A program made the position numbers and the translations under genes. A stretch of 64,000 nt of DNA from an uncultured Acidobacteriota bacterium (GTDB taxonomy: Bacteria > Acidobacteriota > Thermoanaerobaculia > Gp7-AA8), in assembly GCA_963822445.1 (NCBI GenBank), contig CAWGHO010000002.1:1472001-1536000 (forward strand). Direction: 5' to 3'. The notes under the pieces were generated by a model. It was not told where the DNA came from. It ran no database searches and saw nothing but the letters and a program-made list of their open reading frames with translations. Below are positions 8,853 to 18,300 of this stretch, one piece after another (the stretch's first letter is position 1; every line of letters begins with the position of its first letter).

Positions 8853-9146
8853 TTACCGTCCCATGGAGCGTTTGCGCATGAGGCCGGCGCCGATCACGAG
8901 AGCCGCGAGACCGCCCAGCACCATGCCCGGATTGGCGTTGGCCGCCGCGCGGGCCTTCATCACTCCGTTGTTCAGACCGCCGCGAAGGTCGGTGTTCTTC
9001 ATCGAACTACCGATCTTGCTGGGGTCGAGGCCGAGCTTGCCGAGAAGGCCGCCCAGGCCGGTTGATGTTGACGCCTCAGTCTGCGGCGTCGAAGTCTCAG
9101 GTCGATACGGATGGAACTGACTGGTAGGATTCACGTTGTCTACCAT
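8853..9146 (-). CDS. Small hypothetical protein with C-terminal membrane anchor
   Basis: AGGAGA RBS before ATG 9146 (MVDNVNP). C-terminal NPGMVLGGLAALVIGAGLMRKR tail anchor. Confidence 0.65.
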   Translation of the reverse strand: MVDNVNPTSQFHPYRPETSTPQTEASTSTGLGGLLGKLGLDPSKIGSSMKNTDLRGGLNNGVMKARAAANANPGMVLGGLAALVIGAGLMRKRSMGR

Positions 9147-9177
9147 CAAATTCTCCTTTCCAAACACTTATTTGTAT

Positions 9178-9217
9178 TGCGAACGAAGTGCCAAAGTCAT
9201 TCAGTATCAAATACTTA
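9178..9217 (-). promoter_or_regulatory. Putative sigma54 (-24/-12) promoter with adjacent IHF site
   Basis: Minus strand TGGCACTTCGTTCGCA (GG-N10-GC, 9193-9178). TATCAAATACTTA at 9205-9217 matches the IHF consensus WATCAANNNNTTR. Confidence 0.6.
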
Positions 9218-9234
9218 CAGTTGAGGTGAATCGA

Positions 9235-9423
9235 ATGGGCGGCAATCCCCGCGAGCATGTGAAAGACAAAGGTTTCTGGGACGGCGGCGGCGCCAGTCAC
9301 GGCAAGAACAGCGAGGGCGCTGGCCGGGCCGGAGGCTTCCCGGGAACGCGCAAGCCGAAGCGGACGGGCGTCCGCACGGACCTCGAGTTTCCGGTGGGCG
9401 AGCAAGAGAAAAAGCAGCCCTGA
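9235..9423 (+). CDS. Possible 62-aa Gly/Lys-rich small protein
   Basis: GAGGTG RBS 6 nt before ATG 9235; GC-rich third positions; no recognisable family. Confidence 0.4.
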   Translation: MGGNPREHVKDKGFWDGGGASHGKNSEGAGRAGGFPGTRKPKRTGVRTDLEFPVGEQEKKQP

Positions 9424-9449
9424 AATCCAAACCCCCGTGCTCCCCGTAG
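9422..9449 (+). promoter_or_regulatory. Putative autoregulatory ECF promoter GAAATCC-N16-CGTAG
   Basis: Lies just upstream of the ECF sigma ATG. The same motif and spacing occur at 43832-43859. Confidence 0.6.
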
Positions 9450-9465
9450 TTTCAGCGCGCACTCA

Positions 9466-10029
9466 ATGAGCTTCGTACCGACCACCGCGCTGTTGCCCGC
9501 CGTCGCGCGAGGCGACGTCTCGGCCTTCGAGGCGCTGTACGACCGCCATGCCTCCACGATCTACGCCCTGCTGCTGCGCATCCTCTGCAACGCCGACGAC
9601 GCGCAGGAGGTCCTGCAGGAGACGTTCGTGAAGGCCTGGTCGAGCGCGAAGATGTTCGACGCGGTCCGTGGAAGCGAGATCGCCTGGCTGATCTCGATCG
9701 CCCGCAGCCGCGGCATCGATCGCCTGCGCTCGCGCAAGATTCGCGGCGAGCGTGAAGACGAAGCCGGCCGGGAGATCTCGATCCGCTCGAGCTTCATCGA
9801 TCGCAACACCGGCGCGGACTTCGCCATCCAGTCGCAGGAGCGGGTCGCCGTTCGCGGCGCGCTTTCCGAGCTGCCTGAAGCGCAGAGGATCGCGCTGGAG
9901 CTCGCGTATTTCGAAGGGCTGTCGCAATCGGAGATCGCCGCGCGCCTCGGCGAGCCGCTCGGAACGATCAAGACCCGCATGCAGCTCGGCATGAAGAAGC
10001 TGAGGGACCGGCTGCAGGCTTTTCAATGA
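9466..10029 (+). CDS. ECF sigma-70 factor (SigK-like)
   Basis: AFEALYDRH, DAQEVLQETFVKAW, region 4 LELAYFEGLSQSEIA...LGTIKTR. Confidence 0.92.
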   Translation: MSFVPTTALLPAVARGDVSAFEALYDRHASTIYALLLRILCNADDAQEVLQETFVKAWSSAKMFDAVRGSEIAWLISIARSRGIDRLRSRKIRGEREDEAGREISIRSSFIDRNTGADFAIQSQERVAVRGALSELPEAQRIALELAYFEGLSQSEIAARLGEPLGTIKTRMQLGMKKLRDRLQAFQ

Positions 10030-10727
10030 CGCACGCAGACTTCGAATCGATCGCGGCGCTGGATGTTCTCGGCGCGGCCACGGCGGGTGAGGCGGGCGCC
10101 CTGCGTACGCACCTTCTGGCGTGCATCCCCTGCCGGCGGGCCCGCGACGAGTATGCCGACGCCACGACTTTCATCGCCCTCGGCCTGGAACCTGTTGCGC
10201 CGCCGCGCGAGTTGCGCGCGCGAGTAGCCAGCGCTGTGGAGCGCGAGGGCAGAAAGAGCGATCGCTGGTGGCTGGCTGTCGCGGCAACCCTGTTTCTTGG
10301 ATTGTGGGGCTGGCGCGAGGCGAGCGTTCGCAAGGAGCTCGATCAGCTCAGATTTCGAAACGAGAAACTGTCGTCCGAGATCGCCGCCATGGCCTCTTCA
10401 GCGCGCACGATCGAGTTGACCGGCCAGGAAGTCGCGCCCACCGCTTCGGCGAAGGTATTCATCCAACCGGATCGCCGCCGCGCGCTGGTGTTCTTCCACG
10501 ACCTGCCCGTCAATGCCGCGGACAAGAGCTACCAGCTCTGGATCATTCGCGGCGATCAGCCCGTGAGTGCCGGAGTGTTCGACGTCGGTGCCGACGGTCG
10601 CGCGTCTCTGTCCGTCGAGAACCTGCCCGTGGACACGGAGATCAAAGGTCTGGCGGTGACGCTCGAGCCGAAGGGCGGCGTGGCGCAGCCGACGAACACG
10701 CGGTTCATCGTGGCGGGGAACACCTAG
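10026..10727 (+). CDS. Anti-sigma factor (RskA family, N-terminal HxxxCxxC)
   Basis: HLLACIPC, one TM, YQLWII, AVTLEPKGG..PT. Translationally coupled to the sigma gene. Confidence 0.9.
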   Translation: MTHADFESIAALDVLGAATAGEAGALRTHLLACIPCRRARDEYADATTFIALGLEPVAPPRELRARVASAVEREGRKSDRWWLAVAATLFLGLWGWREASVRKELDQLRFRNEKLSSEIAAMASSARTIELTGQEVAPTASAKVFIQPDRRRALVFFHDLPVNAADKSYQLWIIRGDQPVSAGVFDVGADGRASLSVENLPVDTEIKGLAVTLEPKGGVAQPTNTRFIVAGNT

Positions 10728-10791
10728 AACGCACCGACAGGCGATCCGCACGTGCACCGGCGCAGCAACCAGCGCTGCCGGCCGTGCCGGC

Positions 10792-11562
10792 TCACACCCC
10801 GATGATGTTGTAGCCGCAATCCACGTACATGATCTCGCCGGTGATGGCCGAGGACATGTTCGAGCAGAGGAAGAGCGCGGCGTTGCCGATCTCCTCGAGC
10901 TCCACGTTGCGGCGCAGCGGCGCGCGCTCGGCGTGGTGGTGCAGCATGCCCGTGAATCCCTTGATGCCGCGCGCGGCCAGCGTGTTCACCGGGCCGGCGG
11001 AGATCGCGTTCACGCGGATGTTCTTCGGGCCGAGATTCGCGGCGAGATAGCGCACGCTCGCTTCGAGCGACGCCTTGGCCACGCCCATCAGGTTGTAGCC
11101 TTCCACGGCTTTCACCGCGCCGTGGTACGTCAGGGCGAGCACCGATCCGCCGCCGGACTTTTCCAGCAGGGGCATGGCCGCGCGGCTCAGGCCGACCAGC
11201 GAATAGGCAGAGATGTCGTGCGCGAGCTTGAAGCCGTCGCGCGAGGTCTTCACGAACTCGTTCTCGAGATCTTCCTTCGGCGCGAAGGCCACCGAGTGCA
11301 CGAGCGTGTCGAGTCGGCCGAACGTCTCATCGACGCTTTTGAAGACCGCGTCGACTTCCGCGTCATTCGTGACGTCGCACGGGAGAAGGACCGACTCGGG
11401 CAGCGTCGACGAAAGCGCTTCGACGCCTTCCTTCAGACGCTCGCCCTGATACGTGAACGCGAGCCGCATCCCTTCGCGAGACAGCGCCTGAGCGATGGCC
11501 CAGGCGATCGAGCGCTTGTTGGCGACGCCGAAGATGATTCCGGTTTTTCCTTCGAGAAGCAT
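10792..11562 (-). CDS. fabI: Enoyl-ACP reductase (NADH)
   Basis: GVANKRSIAWAIA, YNLMGVAKASLE, RVNAISAGP. Confidence 0.95.
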   Translation of the reverse strand: MLLEGKTGIIFGVANKRSIAWAIAQALSREGMRLAFTYQGERLKEGVEALSSTLPESVLLPCDVTNDAEVDAVFKSVDETFGRLDTLVHSVAFAPKEDLENEFVKTSRDGFKLAHDISAYSLVGLSRAAMPLLEKSGGGSVLALTYHGAVKAVEGYNLMGVAKASLEASVRYLAANLGPKNIRVNAISAGPVNTLAARGIKGFTGMLHHHAERAPLRRNVELEEIGNAALFLCSNMSSAITGEIMYVDCGYNIIGV

Positions 11563-11577
11563 GGGTGAGAGCTTACC

Positions 11578-11892
11578 TCACGTGAACTTGCGGACTTCCG
11601 CGTCCATCCGCCCGGTCAGGATCTTCCAGAGCATCACGTAGTCCGCGGCCAGTGAATAAAAAGGATGGCCGAACGTGGCCGGCTTGTTGTGCTCGACGAA
11701 GAAGTGCGCGTACCAGGCAAAGGAGTAGCCGATGAGCGGCGCGCCGAGGAAGAGCCAGCGGCTGTAGACGATGCCGCCGATGATGCAGAGCAGGGCCAGG
11801 ATCGACCCGATCGCATGCAGCAACCGCGTGCGCGGCCGCGAGTGGGCGCGCACGTAAAAGGGCCAGAACTCCGAAAACGACCGGATCTCCAT
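11578..11892 (-). CDS. DUF962/Mpo1-like membrane protein
   Basis: FSEFWPFYVRAHS, RLLH, AWYAHFFVEHNKPATF. Confidence 0.85.
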   Translation of the reverse strand: MEIRSFSEFWPFYVRAHSRPRTRLLHAIGSILALLCIIGGIVYSRWLFLGAPLIGYSFAWYAHFFVEHNKPATFGHPFYSLAADYVMLWKILTGRMDAEVRKFT

Positions 11893-11930
11893 GGCGGGCG
11901 GGCGTGATTTTCGCACGACTGCTCATCCCT

Positions 11931-12140
11931 ATGGCTCAGGAATTCGAACAGCTCTTCAAGGACGTCTTCGGCGATCAGGTCGGGAAGCTCACCGCCAAGT
12001 TCGGGGAAATCGCTCGCGAGGCGTTGAAGGACGACTTCACCAAGCTGCACACCGAGATCGCCGAGCTCCGCTCGCGTCTGGCGACGCTGGAGAGGGAGCG
12101 GGCCGAGAAGGCCGCCGATTCGCTGGAAGCGTCGTTCTGA
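11931..12140 (+). CDS. Small coiled-coil hypothetical protein
   Basis: 69 aa from ATG 11931, amphipathic helix then a coiled coil (IAELRSRLATLE). Confidence 0.6.
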   Translation: MAQEFEQLFKDVFGDQVGKLTAKFGEIAREALKDDFTKLHTEIAELRSRLATLERERAEKAADSLEASF

Positions 12141-12147
12141 GAAGCCT

Positions 12148-12388
12148 CTGCAGTTTATCCCGCGCGTAGACGCGGGATCTCTTCGTGCACGAACGTTTCT
12201 CGTGCAACCGGCTTCGCCGTCGCGGTGTAACGGTGAGATTCCGGCGTCTTCGCGGCGGGATAGTTCTGAGTGTTATCCCGCGCGTAGTTGGCGGATGTCT
12301 TCGTGCATGAACGAGTCGCGTGCAACTCGCTTCGACCGTCGCGGTGTAACCGTAGATCCCCGCGTCTTCGCGCGGGGATAAACTGCAG
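12148..12388. repeat. Tandem pair of about 120-bp REPIN/MITE-like units bounded by terminal inverted repeats
   Basis: CTGCAGTTTATCCCGCGCG...CGCGGGGATAAACTGCAG. The internal core CTTCGTGCA.GAACG...CGTGCAAC..GCTTCG..CGTCGCGGTGTAAC is present twice. Confidence 0.75.
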
Positions 12389-12389
12389 G

Positions 12390-15300
12390 TCAGAACGCGT
12401 ACCCGAGCGAGATGAAGTAGACGAAAGCGTCCTCGTACCAGCGGCGGTCCAGCGGGAAGCCGACGTCCACGCGCAACGGGCCGACCGGCGAGAGGTAGCG
12501 CACTCCGACGCCCGCGCCATACCGCAGGTTGTTGAAGTCGATCTTCGACTCGGCGAACACGTTTCCGACGTCGCCGAAGACCGCGCCGCCCACCGGCCCG
12601 AAGATCGGGAAGCGGTACTCGGCGTTGAACAGCAGCAGGCCGCTGCCGCCGACCGGGAGGATCGGACCTTCGAACGCGCCGGTCGTCGGGTTGGGACGCT
12701 GGAAGAGCGTCTTCCGGCAGCCGGGCGTTTCCGGGGCGTCCTCCGACTCGCGGCACAAGTCGCCGAGGCGGTCCAGACGGAAGGCGCGATGAGAGTTCTC
12801 GCCGCCGGCGGTGAAGCGTTCCGACAGCGGAACGTTCGTCGCGTCGCCGAGCGATTGAATGAGTCCGATGCGGCTGGAAAGGGCGACGACCGTTCGCGCG
12901 CTCACCGGGATGTACAGCGCCCCCTGCACGTACTCCTTCAGGAAGTTCGCTTCCGCGGAGATGAACGGGAACGCGTACTCGATCGACGCACTGGTGAAGA
13001 AGCCGCGGTGCGGATCGATGATGTCGTCGCGCGTGTCCCAGAAGAACGTCGGGTTGATGCTGGAGATCTGGATGTTCGAAAGAGACCGATCGAATCCTTC
13101 GACCGGCAGGTCCGCTTTAAGCAGCGCGCAGATCGTGCCTTCCTCGCACTTCGAGATCTTGTACTCGTAGCGCAGTGACCAGCGCGTGCGCTCCAGCGCG
13201 ACCTTCGTCGCCTCGATCGAGGTGCCCTGCTGGACGATGTGCATTTCGGGCCGGGTGTTGTCGTCGCTCTGGAAGATCTGCAGCTGCACGGGCACGTTCC
13301 AGCGGCTGATGAACGGCTCGCGATAGGTGATGAAGTACTCCTGCTCTTCGCTGGACAGGACCGCTTCCAGGCCGAGGTAGCGGCCGGTGCCGAAGAGGTT
13401 GCGGTGCGCGGCGGCGATGGCGATGCGCTCGTTGATGTCCATGCCGCCGTCGTCGGAGATCGTCGCGTTTTCCTCCGGCGTCTGATCCTCATCCTCGTCG
13501 GCGGTGAGGCGCGCGTCCTGCGCGCCGCGCTCCACGCGCAAACCGACGGCGCCGGTCAGCGTCAGGTTCTTCCCTTCCTCCACCTGAATGACGATGTCGC
13601 GGTCGCCGACGCTCGTGCCGGCCTGCTCCGGCTGCACTTCGACGCGCTGGAAGATGCCCAGGCGATACAGCTCGCGTTGCGCCTCGAGAACGCGCGTGTA
13701 GGTGAAGGGATCGCCTTTGTCCATCTCCACGCGGCGCAACACGACGTCGCGGTCGGTGTAGGTGTTGCCGCGGACGATGACCTCGTCGATCGCGACGCGC
13801 GGACCTTCTGCGACGGTGTACGTCACGCTGGCCTTGGTCTTGTCCTCGCTGATCTCGACGCGCGGCGCGACCTGCACCTCGACGTGACCGCGGTCCGCGT
13901 AGAACGACTGCAGGGCGACGATGTCTTCGCGCGCGAGCTGCGGATTCAGCGGGTCACCGGGTTTCAGCTGCGTCTCGGGAAGATCGTTCGCCGCCACTTC
14001 CTGATTGCCTTCGATCTTCACCTCGGTCACCAGCGTCTGCGGCCCTTCGGTGATGGGGAAGGTGACCCTCATCGTTCCGGTCGCGTCATTCGCGTTCACC
14101 ACCGGCTGCGCGGCCGTCGCCTCGGAAAATCCCTGAAGCCGGTAGAACGACTCGATCGCGTCGCGGTCATCGCCGAGCTGTTCGCGGGTCACGCCGGTCG
14201 GTCTGCGGAACAGCGTCGCCAGCGCGCGCTTGAATCCGCCGCGCGACGAGGTCTGCACGACTTTGTGCAGCTCGTCTTCATCCATCTGATCGTTCCCGAT
14301 GAACTCGACCTCGGAAAGGGTGAAGCGCTTGCCCGGGTCGACGATGAAGGTCGTCGTCCACACGTTGTTATCGAGCTTGCTTTCCGTGTCGACGGTTGCG
14401 TTGTAATGGCCACGCTCCTGCAGGCCGGTGACGATCTGGTCCGCCGCGCGGTCGACGGCATCTTCGCTGTATTCGTCGTTGCGTCCGCGGAACGGCAGCC
14501 AGCGCCGCACGGAGCTCTGCGGAACGCCCTGCACCGCGACCTGCACCGTTGGTCCAACGACGACGCGGTACCGCAGCGTCACCGCGTGCGTTTCGGGATC
14601 GTATTCGTGGCCGAGGTAGTCGACGTCGGCGCGGCGGTGGCGGCGGCGGACGAGGAAGCTCTGGATCCGTTTCGCGTCTTCGCGTGCTTCGAGCGCGTCG
14701 AACGTGCGGCCGGCATCGCGTTTCATCGGTTCGATCAACTGCTCGGTCGTGAACGGCGCGACATCTCCTTCGAGAACCACGTTGCGGATGACGGCCTGCG
14801 GTCCCGGCGTGATGTCGAACCTGACGTCGGCGATGCTCCGCGCGCGGTCGAAGTCCGTTTGCGGATCGACGGTCGCTTCGAGGTACCCGCTGCGATTCAT
14901 CGCTTCTTCGATCGCGGCCGCGCTGTCGTCGACATCGTTGAGGGAGTGGATCTCGCCCACGCGCACGGTCAGCTCGCGCTCCGCGCGATTACGCTCGCGC
15001 CCTGACACGCCGGCGAGCTCGATGTCGCCGACGCGGTAATGCAACAGGAGCGAGAACGTCAGCACGATGCCTTCCGCGGTGCGCTGCGAATCGACGCGGA
15101 TGTCGCGGAAGTTCCCGGTGGCAAAGAGATTCTTGATGGATGACTGCAGGTCGCGGATGGTGACCGGTTGCCCGGGCTTGAGCGTCACGTCATCTGCAAC
15201 GGCGGTGGTGTCGAAGCGCGCGTCCGCGCGGAAGTTGATCTGGGAGATGACCGCGCCATCCGCCGCGGCGAGGTTGACGGCGGTGACTGGGGGCGCAGGC

Positions 15301-18300
15301 GGCGCCGCCGGTGTTGCACCAGCGGTCGTGGTCGTGCTGGTGACGACGGAGCTCGTCGCGAACTCTTCATCGCGGTCTTCGTCGCGGATCTCCCAATGCG
15401 CCTCGTAGCGGCGGCGGAAGCGCGCATCGAGCCGGTACTCATCCGACTCGTCGCGCGCGAGCTGCAGGGTCCAGCTCGGGTTGACGATCCACTCCAGCAC
15501 CTGCTTGCTCTGTTGGTTGTCGAGGTTGTAGACGAGCAGGAATCGCAGCTTGTTCGAGAGCCGCTTTTCGAACGTCACCTTCGCGCCGGCGCCGCCGCCG
15601 CTTTCGAGATCGCCCGGGTCGTACGCGAAGGAATCGACGAACGGAAAGACTTTCGAGCCGAGGAGTCCGGAGAGGCTCTGGTAGAGCAGCGACTGGCCGA
15701 AGAATCCGCCGCCGCTGGCCTGCTGGCCGCCGAGCGTGCGTCCGCCACCGAGCCCGCCGAAGCCGAGGAGGGAGAAGAGGGTGATGTCGCTGGCGGGGGG
15801 ATCGCTGGTGATCGTCGGTGTGATGCGATCGAGCGTGCCGGTGATGTTGATCGTCACTTCCAGCGGTCCGCTCTCGATCTCCGACACGTTGCCCGCAACG
15901 CTGCCTTCGATGGTCACGTCGAAGAACGGATCGATGCGGAACGGGTTCTGGAACGCCACCGTGCCGCGGGCGACGCGGTAGTCCACGCCCTGAATGCGGA
16001 CCGTGCCGCCTTCGTCGAGCGTGACTTCGCCGAGAACGACCGGCGCGGCCACGGTTCCGGTGACGTCGAGCTCCGCGCTGCCGGTGACGTCGGCGATGTT
16101 GTTGCGAATGGCGAGCGTGCCCGGCGCGCTGAGATGGATCTGCAGCCCGACCTTCTCCTGCCACGTCGACGGCGTGACCGCGACGATGCGATCGCGAGCG
16201 AGCAGCACGTTGAGCAACGTCTGCTGCACGTCGAACTCGCGGAAGTACAGGCCGCGGGTCACATCGATGTCGCCCTGGAGCATGGCCCGATCGAGATCGC
16301 TCGTCAGCAACAGGTTGAAGGTGCCCTCGACGGTGATGCCTTCGTAGTAGCGGATGGCGACGTCGGTGCCCTGCAGCGTGACGCGCACGCGTTTCGGCTT
16401 CAGCCCTTCGAGGTAGATCGCGCCGCCGGCGATGATCTGGCCGCCGCCAATGGTCGCGCGCACGGACTCGATCTCGACGCGATCGCCGTGGAATCGCAGC
16501 GTGCCGTTGAGCTCATCGATGAGCTGCGGGAAGCCGGCGAACTTCACCTGGGCATCGACGAGCGTGGCCGTGCCGGTGATGACCGGATTGCTCATCACCC
16601 CATTCACCGCCATCGCGATATCCGAATGCCCCTCGGCACGCATGTCCGGCACGAACAGCTGCAGCAGCGCCGCTTCGACGCGTCCGCGCAGATCGAGGTC
16701 GATCCGTTTCTGGCCGACGATCTCCGCGAACCCGGTGGCCGAGAACGTCGCGTCGTCGCTTCGCAACACGACGGTGTCCAGCTCCACGCGTCCGTCGCGC
16801 AGGCCGATGCGCAGAGGCTCGGGCGCGGTGAACTGGTGATCGCCGACCTTGAGATTGAAGACCGGCGCGGTGGCGTCGATGATCAGCGCCTCGATCGGCG
16901 ACAGCCGTCCGCCGAGCTTCATGTCGACGACTAGATTTCCTGACGCGGGAATCGACGCGGTAGTGGGCGAGATGGCAACGGCGCGGGCGATGTCGTGCAC
17001 GACCAGCCGCACCAGGCCGTCGATGGCCATGTTTTCGCCGACGGTTCCTTCGCCTTCGATGGTGGCGATGTCGGCGACGCCGCCTTTCACGATCAGCTTT
17101 CCGCCGCGAATGGCGATGTACAGCGACGGCGGATCCGACCCCTCGGGCAATTTCAGTCCGCGCAACGTGGCGTTGTTGAGCGTCGCCTCGACCATCAGTT
17201 CGGGGTTGTCGAACGTTCCCGCGCCGGTGGAGGTGAGCGTGATGTTGCCGCCGAGGAGATCCTTGAGGCCTTCGAGGAGCTTGAGGCGGGAGAGGTCGAT
17301 GTTGCTCGAGGTGATGTTGTAGCTGAACTTTTCCGTTGCGAAATCGAGCTCCGCGTCGCCGGTAATCTCGCCGGCCGGCGATTGTACGAGGACGTTCGTC
17401 GCGCGCATGCGGCCTTCGGTGAAGACGATGTCCGCGGTCGCGAGATCGACCGGCTCACCGAACACCACGCCTTTTCGCACGGTCACTTTGCCGCTGCCTT
17501 CGAGCGACTCTTTGCGGCCGGCGATCTTCAGCGTGCCGGTGAGATCGCCGGTGACGGGGATGTCGGTGAAGTCGAGGAACGCGGCGATATCGGCGACGGG
17601 GAAGTTCGTCGCCGCGACGTCGAGATCGAAGCTGACGTTTCCTTCGCCGGGCAGCCAGTTGATCGTGCCGTTCAACGCGAGAGTCGCGTCGGCTCTGCGA
17701 ATCGTCAGACCGGCAAAGGTCGCGCGTCCGTTTTCGGGCGTGCCGGCGATGATCATCTTTCCGGTCGCCAGCCCCGCGCCGATCTTCATGTCCAGACCGA
17801 TCGCGTCGATGGCTCGTTGCGCGGGATAGCCATTCGCGTCGAGGGCGATGTCGAATCGCGGGCCCGGACCGCTTTCGGGGAAGACCACGGTGCCGTTCAA
17901 CGCGAGACGGCCGCCGGCGTCGGAGAAAACGGCGCGGTCGAACGTCAGCGTGGAGCTGTTGCCGTCGTACCGCATGTCGATGCTCGCGTCGCCGAGGAGC
18001 ACTTCGTTGTAGCGAATGGCCGAGCCGTTGATCTGCGCAGCGACCTGCGGTTTGTCGATCGGGCCTTTGACCGTGCCGGTGATCGTGCCCGCGCCGCCGA
18101 GTCCGAGGAGCTCGTAGTCTTTCTTGCCAGCGGAGTGGGCGAAGTTGAAGCCGATGCGATCGAGCTCCGAAAAGTCCGTGCTGCGAATGGCCGTCTTCAG
18201 ATCGAGCACGACTCCTTCGATCTTCATGTCGCCGGTGAGGCTGATGTGCGAGTGATCGGTGTCCAGCTCAGCGCTGCGGAATCGCACCGTGCCGCGATCG

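Noticed and set aside
12148-12388. Possible CRISPR array
   Set aside because: Only two long units, the internal 'spacers' are similar to each other, and there are no cas genes.
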